This document shows positions 1 to 11,894 of a stretch of 64,000 nucleotides of DNA, piece by piece. The stretch is taken from positions 99,450,001 through 99,514,000 of the forward strand of contig NC_086108.1 of the NCBI RefSeq assembly GCF_963921235.1, read 5' to 3'. Position numbers and translations under genes: made by a program. The stretch comes from Mobula hypostoma. Its lineage: Eukaryota. Each line of letters opens with the position of its first letter. Position 1 is the first letter of the stretch. The notes under the pieces were generated by a model. It was not told where the DNA came from, ran no database searches, and saw only the letters and a program-made list of their open reading frames with translations.

Positions 1-264
1 GTTTTCCTTACATTCTGTCTCGATCTTTTCCCAATACCTTGGTCCTTGTCCTCTCTTCTCACGGACTACTAATGTCTCAACTCAATGTAAACTTGTCCTG
101 CTTCTGTGTCAAATCTCTCTTTTCCAGGAAGAACAGGACAGATTCTCCAGATATTCCTTTTAACTGAAACCCTTGATCCTTGGACCTACTCCAGTGACCC
201 TTTTCTATACTGACCTTTGGGCACAAACATCCTCCCTCAGTGACACAATTTGGCATTTTCCACC

Positions 265-750
265 ATGTTTGCTGATCACAAGAAAGCAGTATCTGTCTTC
301 AAGCACCCTTACCATCTAGGCAATGCACTTTCCTCACTAGCTTCATTGGGAAGAAGGTATAGAAGCATCAGGTCCAACACCCCCCAGGTTCAGGAACAGT
401 TTTTACCCAACATCCAAACGGCTGATGAACCAGTGTGGATAAATTCACTCACCTCAGTACCGTATCGATTCCACAACCTATAGACTTATTTTCAGAGTCA
501 TGTTGAAAATAACTCATGTTCTCTGCATTACTAATTAATTAATTTGTTTTTGTTTTTAATTACTTTAAAGTATTTACACAATTTGTCTTCTTGTTGTTTG
601 TCAGTCTTTGCTTCTGTGAAGTTTTTCATTGATTATATTGCATTTCTTTGTTGTACTATGAATGCCTGCAGGAAAATAAATCTCAGGGTAGTATACGATG
701 ATAAACACATACTTTTATAATAAAAAAAATTGGATGGACTTTGAACTTGG
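265..750 (+). mobile_element. Rex1/Babar-like non-LTR retrotransposon, decayed 3' end and 3' UTR
   Basis: Translates to HPYHLGNALSSLASLGRRYRSIRSNT, like the Rex1-type ORF C-terminus. The UTR AATCTCAGGGTAGTATA...AATAAA...ACTTTGAAC is shared with many copies in the window. Confidence 0.7.
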
Positions 751-1012
751 AATGCTAGGTTCAATCCTGTAGAAATCCTGAAACACCACCATTAGCACCT
801 TATCCCTTTGTGCTCGATTACTGCACCCCTGTTCTGGAAGTAGCTTATCCTTAGTTGCTGCAAGAAAAACCATCTGTATACTTCCCAGTGAAATTCCCTC
901 TGAATGTCCTTTCACTGGAAAGAAGCATTCCCATTCCCAGTGCTAATTGTGTAAAAATGTTACAACATTTCTAAGAGCAGGCAAACCAACTACCTCACAG
1001 CCTTTACATTAC

Positions 1013-1146
1013 AAACAAGAGAAAATCTGCAAATGCTGGAAATCCAAGCAACACACACAAAACCCTTCGGCCCCAGATGTCGGCTGTACTCTTTTCCATA
1101 GATGCTGCCTGACCTGCTGAGTTCCTCCAGCATTTTGTGTGTGTAC
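1013..1146. mobile_element. Penelope-like element 3' tips joined in inverted orientation
   Basis: A minus-strand tip (AATCTGCAAATGCTGGAAATCCAAGCAACACACAC) is followed by a plus-strand tip (GATGCTGCCTGACCTGCTGAGTTCCTCCAGCATTTTGTGTG). The same terminus follows the GIY-YIG ORF at 18311-18870. Confidence 0.8.
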
Positions 1147-1666
1147 TTGATAGCATTTTTGCAGGATCCTTTTGTGTAAAATTGGTGGTCTGGTTTTGCT
1201 ATGCTGTTTCCAAGTCTTGGCTTCTTTCTGTCTGTCAGCTCATAAACATAAGCCTTTGTTTATTTTAAGAGTAAATTTTAAAGCAGTAAATTCATGTTTC
1301 TTTATAATATTACTTCACTTCAGAAGGAAAACATCTGTGATATTATTAAAGTATGTTGACTTCTCCCATCCCTAACTAGGCTAATCACTGTCACTGCCTT
1401 TACAGAGTGTTTTGTAGTTTTCTGCTGTTATCAAATATCGTCTTCTGTGTGCTTTGGCTCTGTCTAGATGAAAAAATTCTCAAATGGAGTAGTCAGTTGT
1501 TTATACAACTTTAGTCAGACTCAAGCTAAGAGATAGGCTGAATTTACCACCGAAGTGGATACAAACGTGATCAGTCAGTGGGGATCACAGAATAATACCA
1601 CCACAACTTGAACATTTTGATTTCATAAACTGCAGAAATACTCTCGAAGGCCTCCTTGAAAAAATA

Positions 1667-2212
1667 CATTCAGGGGTCACTTTACTAAGTGCACCTGGTC
1701 ATTGATGCAAATATCTAAACAGCCAATCATGAGGCAGAAACGCAGACAGGATCAAAAGGTTCAATTGTTGTTCAGACCAAACATCAGAATGGGGAAGAAA
1801 TGTGATCTGAGTGACTTTTGACCACGGTGCCAGACAGGGTGGTTTGAGTATCTCAAAAACTGCCGATCTTCTGGGATTTTTACTCACAGCAGTCTCTAGA
1901 GCTTTCAGAGAATGCTGTGAAAAAAGAGGGGAAAAAAAAACACCCAGTGAGTGTCAGTTTTGTGGATGAAATGCATTCTTAAAGAGAGAGGTCAGAGGAG
2001 AATGACAAAACTGGTTCAAGCTGACAGGAAGACAACAGTAACTTAAATAACCATAGGTTACAACAGTGGTGTGAAGAAGAATATCTCTGAACACACAACA
2101 TGTTGAACCTTGAAATAGATGGGCTATAGCAGCAGAAGACCATGGACATACACCCAGTGGCCATTTTGTTAGGTACAGGAGGTTAGGTACCTCATAAAGT
2201 TGTCACTGAGTG
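1667..2212 (+). mobile_element. Non-autonomous Tc1/mariner derivative (transposase N-terminus only)
   Basis: TA flanks at 1665-1666 and 2213-2214. Imperfect TIRs CATTCAGGGGTCACTTTACTAAGTGC / GTACCTCATAAAGTTGTCACTGAGTG. Decayed HTH region MGKKCDLSDF..GLSISKTADLLGF..RGQRRMTKLVQADRK..MGYSSRRP. Confidence 0.85.
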
Positions 2213-2571
2213 TATCATTACAGAATAATTTTTGTCTATGCAGTTGCATGCCATCAATAAATGTTAACCATGCCAAGTTTACAATTTAATTCATATTGTT
2301 TTAAAAGTGCTACATTTGGTGTTGAACTGTTTGCGTAAACTCCTGACCAAACGCATTTATTTGTGGGATGTGTTGGTAGGTTCCATGAGGGAGGTGGGAG
2401 TAAGATGGAAGAGTAAATGTGTGAGCCAAAGTGTGGCGCAATGCAAAAAGGACCTGTGATAGTGAGAGGGGTAATGAAGATCCAAAGAATAATTAAGGGA
2501 AAACTCAAACCTGCTTTTAATTCTGGTGGTTGCAATTTTAGATTAGTTGTGTTTTATTGAGATTAGTAATA

Positions 2572-2921
2572 AATAGGAATCCGTTAGTCTTGTGAGACCA
2601 TGGATTTGCACCTTGGAAGGTTTCCAGGGCACAGGCCTGGGCAAGGTTGTATGGAAGACGGGCAGTTGCCCATGCTGCAAGTCTTTTCTCTCCACGCCAC
2701 CAATGTTGCCCAAGGGAAGGGCACTAGGGCAGATACAGCTTGGCACCAGTGTCCTCGCAGAGCAATGTGTGGTTAAGTGCCTTGCTCAAGGACACAACAC
2801 GCTGCCTCAGCTGAGGCTCGAACTAGCGACCTTCAGATCACTAGACCGACACCTTAACCACTTGGCCACGCGCCTTCCAAGGAGAAAATCCATCGTCTCA
2901 CGAGACTAACGGATGCCTATT
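2572..2921 (-). mobile_element. tRNA-derived SINE (family S1) with an extra inverted copy of its 3' end
   Basis: Minus-strand head GGCGCGTGGCCAAGTGGTTAAG (A box) ... GTTCGAGCC (B box), then CORE-like GTGTCCTTGAGCAAGGCACTTAACC. TSD ATTAGTAATA at 2562-2571 and 2919-2928. Confidence 0.85.
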
Positions 2922-2954
2922 AGTAATAGCATTTCTTAGGTGTTTACTAACCAA

Positions 2955-3270
2955 AGTTGCATGTTATGGCCTGGTATGGAAACACCAATACCCAAGAATG
3001 GAAAAGCCTACAAAGAATGATGGATATAGCCCTGCCCATCACAAGGAAAGCGCCCCCCCCCCACTGTTGACCACATCTACAAGGAGCGCTGTCACAGGAA
3101 AGCAGCATCTACCATCCAGGCCATGCTCTCTTCTCACTGTTGACATCAGGAAGGCAGGAAGGTAGAACAGGAGCCTTAGGTCCCATACCACCAGGTCCAC
3201 AAACAGGTATTACCCCTCAACCATCAGGCTCCTGAACCAGTGTGGATAACTTGACTCACCTCAACACTGA
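2955..3270 (+). mobile_element. Rex1-like LINE 3' fragment
   Basis: GCCTGGTATGGAAACACCAAT...CCAGGCCATGCTCTCTTCTCACTG...TACCCCTCAACCATCAGGCTCCTGAAC matches the 3' part of 42620-44160. Confidence 0.75.
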
Positions 3271-3602
3271 CAGTCAGGAGGCAGTGAGTGGGAATGAAGA
3301 GAACCTTTTCTGGTTGGCTGCCAGTGACTAATGGTGTTCCTCAGGGGTCAGTATTGGGACCGCTATTTTTCACATTGTTTAACAATGATTCAGATAATGG
3401 AATTGGTGGCTTTGTGGCAAAGTTTGTGGATGATAAGAAGATAGGTGGAAGGGTAGGTAGTGCTGAGAAAGCAATGTGATTTCAGCAGGAGGTGGATAAA
3501 ATGGAAGAATGGGTAAAAAAGTGGCAGATGGAATAGAGTGTTGGGAAATGTATGATAATGCATTTTGGTAAAAGGAACAATAGTGTGGACTGTTATCTAA
3601 AT

Positions 3603-6600
3603 CCTGGTGGGAAAGTTTAATAGAGCTGTTAGGGAGGGTTTAAACTAATTTGGCAGGGGGATGGGAACTGGAATGATAGAGCAGAGGAAGGGGAAAACAG
3701 AAATAAATCTAAGATAGTGAGCAGTAAAGATGTCAGGAAAGACAGGCAGGTGATGGGGCAAATGTGTAGCCATTGGGATGAGTTGCAGTGCAATAAAATT
3801 GCAGTGAAATCAAAGCAAAAAGTATCAAATACTGGTCTTAAGGTGTTGTACTTAAATGCACGCAGCATAAGAAATAAAGTGGATGATCTTGTTGTACAGC
3901 TACAGATTGGCAGGTATGATATTGTGGCCATCACTGAGACCTGGCTAAAGGATGCATGTCTCTGGGAGCTGAACGTCCAAGGATACACAGTGTATCGGAA
4001 GGATTGGAAGGTAGGCAGAGGGGGAGGCGTGGCTTTATTAGTAAGAAATGATATTAAATCATTAGAAAGAGGTGATATAGGATCGGAAGGTGCAGAATCT
4101 TTATGGGTTGAGCTAAGAAATCGCAGGGGTAAAAGGACCCTGATGGCAGTTATTTATAGGCCTCCAAACAGCTGCAGGGATGTGGACTACAAATTACAAC
4201 TGGAAATAGAAAAGGCTTGTCAGAAGGGCAGTGTTATGATAATTGTGGGGGATTTTAACATGCGAGTAGATTGGAAAAATCAGGTCGGCACTGGATCTCA
4301 AGAGAGAGAATTTGTAGAATGTCTGCGAGATGGCTTTTTAGAACGGCTTGTTGTTGAGCCCACTAGGGGATCGGCTGTACTGGATTGGGTATTGTGTAAT
4401 GAACCAGAGGTGATTGGAGAGATTGAGGTGAAAGAACCCTTAGGAGGCAGTGATCATAACATGATTGAGTTCACTGTGAAATTAGAAAAAGAGAAGCCGA
4501 AATCTGATGTGTCGGTGTTTCAGTCGAGTAAAGGAAACTACAGTGGCATGAGAGAGGAACTGGCCAAAGTTGACTGGAAAGAGACACTGGCGGGAAAGAC
4601 GGCAGAGCAGCAGTGGCTGGAGTTTATGCGAAAAATGAGGAATGTGCAAGACAGGTATATTCCAAAAAAGAAGAAATTTTCTAGTGGAAAAAGGATGCAA
4701 CCGTGGTTGACAAGAGAAGTCAAAGCCAAAGTTAAAGCTAAGGAGAGGGCATACAAGGAAGCAAAAATTAGTGGGAAGACAGAGGATTGGGAAGTCTTTA
4801 AAACCTTACAAAAGGAAACCAAGAAGGTCATTAAGAGAGAAAAGATTAACTATGAAAGGAAACTAGCAAATAATATCAAAGAGGATACTAAAAGCTTTTT
4901 CAAGTATATAAAGAGTAAAAGACAGGTGAGTGTAGATATAGGACCAATAGAAAATGATACTGGAGAAATTGTAATGGGAGATAAGGAGATGGCAGAGGAA
5001 CTGAACAAGTATTTTGCATCAGTCTTCACTGAGGAAGACAGCAGGATACCAGACACTCAAGGGTGGCAGGGAAGAGAAGTGTGCGCAGTCACAATTACGA
5101 CAGAGAAAGTACTCAGGAAGCTGAATAGGCTAAAGGTCGATAAATCTCCTGGACCAGATGGAATGCACCCTCGTGTTCTGAAGGAAGTAGCTGTGGAGAT
5201 TGCGGAGGCATTAGCGATGATCTTTCAAAAGTCGATAGATTCTGGCATGGTTCCGGAAGACTGGAAGATTGCAAATGTCACTCCGCTATTTAAGAAGGGG
5301 GCAAGGAAGCAAAAAGGAAATTATAGACCTGTTAGCTTGACGTCGGTGGTTGGGAAGTTGTTGGAGTCGATTGTCAAGGATGAGGTTACAGAGTACCTGG
5401 AGGCATATGACAAGATAGGCAGAACTCAGCATGGACTCCTTAAAGGAAAATCCTGCCTGACAAACCTATTACAATTTTTTGAGGAAATTACCAGTAGGCT
5501 AGACAAGGGAGATGCAGTGGATGTTGTATATTTGGATTCTCAGAAGGCCTTTGACAAGGTGCCACACATGAGGCTGCTTAACAAGATAAGAGCCCATGGA
5601 ATTACAGGAAAGTTACATACGTGGATAGAGCATTGGCTGATTGGCAGGAAACAGAGAGTGGGAATAAAGGGATCCTATTCTGGTTGGCTGCCGGTTACCA
5701 GTGGTGTTCCACAGGGATCAGTGCTGGGGCCGCTTCTTTTTACATTGTACATCAACGATTTGGATTATGGAATAGATGGCTTTGTGGCTAAGTTTGCTGA
5801 CAATACGAAGATAGGTGGAGGGGCCGGTAGTGCTGAGGAAACGGAGAGTCTGCAGAGAAACTTGGATAGATTGGAAGAATGGGCAGAGAAGTGGCAAATG
5901 AAGTACAATGTTGGAAAGTGTATGGTTATGCACTTTGGCAGAAAAAATAAACGGGCAGACTATTATTTAAATGGGGAAAGAATTCAAAGTTCTGAGATGC
6001 AACGGGACTTGGGAGTCCTCGTACAGGATACCCTTAAGGTTAACCTCCAGGTTGAGTCGGTAGTGAAGAAGGCGAATGCAATGTTGGCATTCATTTATAG
6101 AGGAATAGAGTATAGGAGCAGGGATGTGATGTTGAGGCTCTATAAGGCGCTGGTGAGACCTCACTTGGAGTACTGTGGGCAGTTTTGGTCTCCTTATTTA
6201 AGAAAGGATGTGCTGACGTTGGAGAGAGTACAGAGAAGATTCACTAGAATGATTCCGGGAATGAGAGGGTTAACATATGAGGAACGTTTGTCCGCTCTTG
6301 GACTGTATTCCTTGGAGTTTAGAAGAATGAGGGGAGACCTCATAGAAACATTTCGAATGTTAAAAGGCATGGACAGAGTGGATGTGGGAGTCTAGTACGG
6401 GAGGGCATGACTTCAGGATTGAAGGGCGCCCTTTCAGAACAGAAATGCGAAAAAATTTTTTTAGTCAGAGGGTGGTGAATCTATGGAATTTGTTGCCACA
6501 GGCAGCAGTGGAGGCCAAGTCATTGGGTGTATTTAAGGCAGAGATTGATAGGTATCTGAGTAGCCAGGGCATCAAAGGTTATGGTGAGAAGGCGGGGCAG

Positions 6601-6710
6601 TGGGACTAAATAGGATAAAATGGATCAGCTCATGATAAAATGGCGGAGCAGACTCGATGGGCCGAATGGCCTACTTCTGCTCCTTTGTCTTATGGTCTTA
6701 TGGTCTATGG
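3603..6710 (+). mobile_element. Young 5'-truncated CR1 LINE: last ORF1 codons, ORF2, 3' UTR and (TCTTATGG)n tail
   Basis: TSD TCTAAAT at 3596-3602 and 6711-6717. ORF1 end GKFNRAVREGLN* with stop at 3646-3648. Tail TCTTATGGTCTTATGGTCTATGG. Confidence 0.95.
3717..6609 (+). pseudogene. CR1 ORF2 (APE endonuclease + reverse transcriptase), nearly intact
   Basis: 892-aa ORF with APE motifs YLNARS, ITETWL, GDFN, SDH and RT motifs NYRPVSLTS, GVPQGSVLGP. Catalytic FADD is changed to FADN (5793-5804). A small deletion near 6385 shifts the C-terminus into ORF 6382-6609. Confidence 0.95.
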
Positions 6711-8799
6711 TCTAAATGGGAGAAAATTCAAACATCAGAGATGAAGAGTGACTTAGGAGTCTTTGTGCAAGATTCTCTGAAGGTTATCCACAGTTTGAGC
6801 CTGTGGTAAAGAAGGTAAATGCATTGTTGGCACTTAATTCAAGAACAATAGAATATGAAAGAAGGAGATAATGCTGAGCCTTTATAAGACACTGAACATG
6901 GCCGCACTTGGAGTATTGACAACAGTTTTTGACCCCATATCTCAGAAAGGATGTGTTGTCATTGGAGAGAGTCCAGAGGAGGTTCATGAGGATGATTGTG
7001 GGAATGAAGGGGTTAATATATGAGGAGCACTTGGGCAGCTTTGGGCCTGTACTCACAGGAGTTTAGCAGAATGCTGGGGGATCTCATTGCAACCTACCAA
7101 ATGTTTAAAGGACTAGATATGGTGGATGTGGGGAGGATGTTTCCCATGGTGGAGATATCCAGAACTAGAGGGCACAGAATCAAAACTGAGGGGTGCCCCT
7201 TTAGAACAGATGTAAGGAGGAATTTTTTTAGCCAGCGAGTAGTAAATCTGTGGAATGCTCTGCCACAAACTGCAGTGGAGGTCAAATATTTAAGGTGAAA
7301 GTTGATTGTTTCCTGATTGGTCTGGGCATCAAAGGATATGATGAGAAGGCAGGTGTATGAAGTTGAGTGGGATCCAGGATCAGCCATGATGAAATGGCAG
7401 AGCAGACTCGATGGGCTGAATGGCCTAATTCTGCTCTGATGTCTTACGGTGTAACACTGAACTAATTCCACAACTATGAACTTACTTTCAGGAATTCTAT
7501 ACTTGTGTTCTCAGTATTATTTATTTTTCTATCTCTCTATCTATTATTTGTTGTTTTTACATTCGCTGTTTTCCTTCTTTTGCATATTGATTGTTTGTCG
7601 GTCTTTGTGTGCAGTTTTACATTGATTCTATTGTGTTTCTTTGTTCTACTGTGAATGCCTGTAAGAAAATAAACAACATAGAACATAGAAATCTACAGCA
7701 CATTACAGGCCCTTCGGCCCACAATGTTGTGCCGACCACGTTGTACTCTAGAGACTGCCTAGAATTTCCCTAGCACATAGCCCTCTATATTTCTAAGCTC
7801 CATGTACCTAAATCTCAGTTAGTACATAGTAACATATACATATTTGATAATAAATTTACATTTATCTTTGAAGAATATTCCAACTTGCCAAACACTGGCA
7901 GAAAACCAAAAGAAACATTCCAAAAAGCCCAAACTGCAAACCTGTGCCACAGACGGTTCTCAATTGGCCTTTTGTCAAGCTAAAAGACCTACACAAACAT
8001 CACAATTCCCTTTCCCTCACAGTCATTTTTCCAAACCCTCGTATTAGTCCTTTAGAAAGCAGGTCAAACCTTAACAACTCACTGCATGGAGCCAACTTGC
8101 CTCACCTTTGGTAAGATTTGGTAAAGTTTGGTAACTTTGATGTGTGTTGCTTGAATTTCCAGCATCTGCAGAATTCCTCGTGTGTTCATCTTTGGTAAGT
8201 TTGCTGACTTAAATGTCTCAAGTATGTTTTTGTTGGTTACCAATCTTTCTGGGAATGGTCTTTTCCAAATACTCTATCAGAGTATTTTGAAAAAATTGCC
8301 CTTCTTAAACTGGAAATAAGCACTTATTTCAAAGTTCAAGGTGCATTATTATCAAAATATGCATATTATGTACTACCTTGATACTTGGCTCCTTCCTGGC
8401 AGCCACGAAACAAAGAAAGCCAAGAGAACCCATTTAAAAAAAAGACTGAACACCCAAGGTGCAGAAAAAACAAATCATGCAGACAATAAAAGTAAACAAA
8501 TAGCATTTAGAACGGAAGTTCATGAAGCCAGGTGTCACTGCAACTGATTCAGGAGCAGGCCGCAGCCTCAGTAAACCTCATGGAGCAGCACGCTGAGCTG
8601 GCTCCTTCCCTCACCTCTGGCCCCAACACCCTGACCTTTTCAATCTGGCTCGCCGCAAAAATTGTCCAAACCTCGGGTCATTCGTGGCTCTTGGACCCAG
8701 GCCCTGGCGTTTTGATATGCTCTTGGACTGGAGCCCGAGAGGCCACCAGGCATCAGGGGTCTATTGAGCAGAAATAGTTGCCGGGAATATGAATTACAG

Positions 8800-9605
8800 T
8801 ATTTTCTGTGCACAGTGTACCATGGAGAGCATACTGACTGGTTGCATCACAGTCTGATACGGAGGCGTCAACGTACGGGATCAGACAAAGCTGCTGACTC
8901 AGTCTGCTCTGTCATATGCACCAGCCTCCCCACTATCGAGGATATCTTCCAAAAGGCATATCAAAAGGCAATGTCCCAAGTAGGCGGGATCCATAATTAA
9001 GGACTCCCATCACCCAAGGCATGTCCTCTTCTCATTGCTACCATCAAGGAGGAGTTACAGGAGCTTGTAGTCCCACAGTCAAACCCACATACAACATTTT
9101 AGGAACAGCTTCTTCCCCTCTGCCTTTAGATTTATGAACGGTTCATGAACCTATGAGCACTACCTCACTATTTTGTCGAACATCGAGCTCTGTGACGTCC
9201 TACTGATGCTCACCACTAAAATCGAGGCGAGAAGACTGCAACTAGCGGGGCACTGTCTACGCCACCCCGAGCTACCTGCCAGCCTAGTCATCATATGGGA
9301 GCCCAAGCACGGGAGGATGAACCCTGGGCGCCCTCCCAAGACTATGGTCAACACGTTTCTAGAAGACATTGGCACGGCTAATGTAGATGAACTGAACACA
9401 CTGATGAAGGAGAGGGAGAAGTGGAGGGTCCGTCATCGTGCCCGATGCCAGCCCCCTAGGCCTGAGTCGACATAGTAGTAGCCCTATTTATTTCTCATAT
9501 TTCTTATTGTACCTTATAGTAATTTTTAGAATTATTATTAGGTATTGCACTGCAGTGCTACTGCAAAGCAACACATTTCATGACATAAACCTGATTCTGA
9601 TTCTG
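8800..9605 (+). mobile_element. Rex1-like LINE 3' fragment interrupted by an RTE insert
   Basis: GAGAGCATACTGACTGGTTGCATCACAGTCTG...AGGAACAGCTTCTTCCCCTCTGCC, with a (CTGATT)n tail at about 9590-9606. Confidence 0.7.
9176..9481 (+). mobile_element. RTE-clade LINE 3' end
   Basis: Open frame RRLQLAGHCLRHPELPASLVIIWEPKHGRMNPGRPPKT...EREKWR, typical of an RTE-type C-terminus, with a (TAG)n tail. Confidence 0.75.
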
Positions 9606-9669
9606 ATGAAGGTAACATCTGTAGGGAGAGAAACTGAGTTAATGCATCAGATCATAGGCCTTTATAGAT

Positions 9670-10425
9670 CAAGGTACTGAGTACAGGAGTTGTCAGGTTA
9701 TGTTGAAGCTGTATAAAACATTGGTGAAACCTTATTTGGAGTATTGTGTGCAATTTGGTCACTGACTTTCAGGAAAGATGTAAATAAGATTGAAAGAGTA
9801 CAGAGAAGATGTATAAGGATGTTAGTGGGACTGGAAGACCTGAGTTATCAGGAGATAATTGGCAGATATGATAGGGTCTTTTAAGAGATTTTTGGATAGG
9901 TACATGGAGCTTAGAAATTGCGAGGCTTACCCATAGGCCTCTATTTTTCTAAGGTAGGGACATGTTCGGCACAACTTTGTGGGCTGAGGGGCCTGTATTG
10001 CGCTGTAGGTTTTCTATGTTTCTAGGTTAAGATTTTATTCCTTGGAACGTAGAATATTGAGGGGAGATTTGATAGAGGCATACAAAGTTGGGGGGTATAG
10101 ATAGGATAAATGCAAGCAGGCTTTTTCCACTGAGGTTCGGTGGGACTACAACTAGAAGTCATGAGTTAAGGATGAAAGGTAAAAGTTTAAGGGGAACACG
10201 AAGGGAAATCCCTTCACTCAGAGGATGGTGAGAGCATGGAATGAGCTGCCAGTGCAAGTGGTCATATGAACATTTAAGAAAATTTTGGATAGGTACATGG
10301 GTGGTAGGGGCATGGAAGGTGATGGTCCTGATGCAGGTCAATGGGAGTCAGCAGTTTAAATAGTTCGGAATAGACTAGATGAGCTACAGGGTCTGTTTCT
10401 CTCCTGTACTATGATCCTATGACTC
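9670..10425 (+). mobile_element. Decayed CR1 3' fragments, including a second nested tail
   Basis: LKLYKTLVKPYLEYCVQF and SLERRILRGDLIEAYK motifs. (TTTCTATG) tail at about 10010-10025. Confidence 0.7.
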
Positions 10426-11339
10426 TATCGCATTCTTCGCATCACCTCTTACTTCAGGTTTGCAGAACCTGCAGCATTTTGCTTTTCAACTTCCACTGAC
10501 AAAGTGTTGAGCTTCTGATAGCACAGATACTCAAGAACTGCTTGAGATGGACGATCCAGCAATCAACTTGAGTCAGCAGGAAAGGTAAACGAGGAAAGGA
10601 AGCTCAAGGTGAAGACAAAGAAAAGATGACTCCACTCATCGGAAGCCCTTTTAGAGCTTCTCTATCTTCTGAAGGAGACTAACACATAACAACCAAACTA
10701 GATGCACAAAAGATTCTGCAGATGTGGGAAATCCAGAGCAGATAGGTGAAGCCAATTGAGGGGAAGGTGTGTGGGTGGTGGAGAGGGATTGAAGTGAGAA
10801 TCCGGGAAGTGATATGTGGAATAGGTAAAGGGCTGAAGAAGAATGAATCAAATAGGACAACGTACAATGGGAGAAATGGAGTGAGAAGGGGCACCATTGA
10901 GAGGTGATAGGCAGGTGAGGAGAAGGTATAGATTTGCATGACTTTATTGCTTTTATATCAGAGTTATGAAATAAGTGTATCAGAACTATATTTATAATCC
11001 ATGCTTCCACTGCTTTCCATTATTAAAACTGTCTTGTCTAGAGAATCGAAAGGATTATTGCACAATGGCACATCACTGCAAGTGCAATTAGCACTGTGCT
11101 AACTTGGTGCTAATGGTTGCACTCGCTCGGTCCTTAAGTGGAAGTTTGTTATTTCATAGTCATTTGGCAATTGCTCAGAATTATTATTTAAATAAACACT
11201 TAATGCAATCTCTTTATTCAGTGGCAACTCATGATTAACGCCATGGGGAAGGAAACAATAATTTCCTAGTTTCAGAATCCCCAGAACCGGAGCGGAAGCA
11301 AGTTATCCTCAATCCCCCAAGGCTCAAGATTGAATAACT

Positions 11340-11765
11340 TACTACTTAATGCTCATTACGCCGCTGGCATTTTAGGGTATCAATGAAGGTCCTCCATCTC
11401 TGGTGGTGTTCAAGGCTTCCTTCATTGTGCCAGTAGCTTCCTCTCGGTTTTCACTCCTGTCAGACATGCAAGTCCTCAGCATAGACTCAGGAATACTGTT
11501 GCACTCAGATACAGGAAAGTTCTTCATTGCTGTTTCTGCGACAAATGTTTTTTTTTGGATCGGTCAGGGTTGTTAGCCCTGAACTGAATCCCTGAACCTG
11601 AAGGACCAGTGGACCACTCTTATTCTTGCCTCCACCCTCTATCCTTTGGCATGGGTGACCCTACCAAGAACCAAAGCATAGAGCCCTGACTCCAGCCATC
11701 AACGCTCTCTGGTTCATTGAGGCACACAAGTATCCAAACCTAATGACAGGTTGTGGTCCTTTTGG
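11340..11765 (-). mobile_element. Short non-autonomous RTE-derived element (5' UTR-like part joined to 3' end)
   Basis: Reverse-complement homolog of 58445-58838. The minus strand ends AGATGGAGGACCTTCATTGATACCCTAAATGCCAGCGGCGTAATGAGCATTAAGTAGTAAG. Confidence 0.6.
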
Positions 11766-11894
11766 TGTGAGAAGGATTAAGCACAAAAGATTCTGCAGAT
11801 ACTGAGTTCTGCTAAAAGATCTCGGTCCCAAACGTCAACTGCTTATTCCTCTCCATAGATGCTGCCTGGATTGCTGAGTTCCTCCTGCATTTTA

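Larger units (their letters stand above)
3271..7450 (+). mobile_element. Older CR1 LINE 3' half (3271-3602 and 6718-7450), split by a younger CR1
   Basis: The RT motif GVPQGSVLGP...KFVDD lies on the left. The sequence resumes at GGGAGAAAATTCAAACATCAGAG on the right and ends in a CR1 3' UTR. Confidence 0.9.

Noticed and set aside
3717..6395. 892-aa ORF as a host gene or active RT
   Set aside because: It lies within a TSD-flanked, 5'-truncated CR1, with catalytic FADD changed to FADN and a frameshifted C-terminus.
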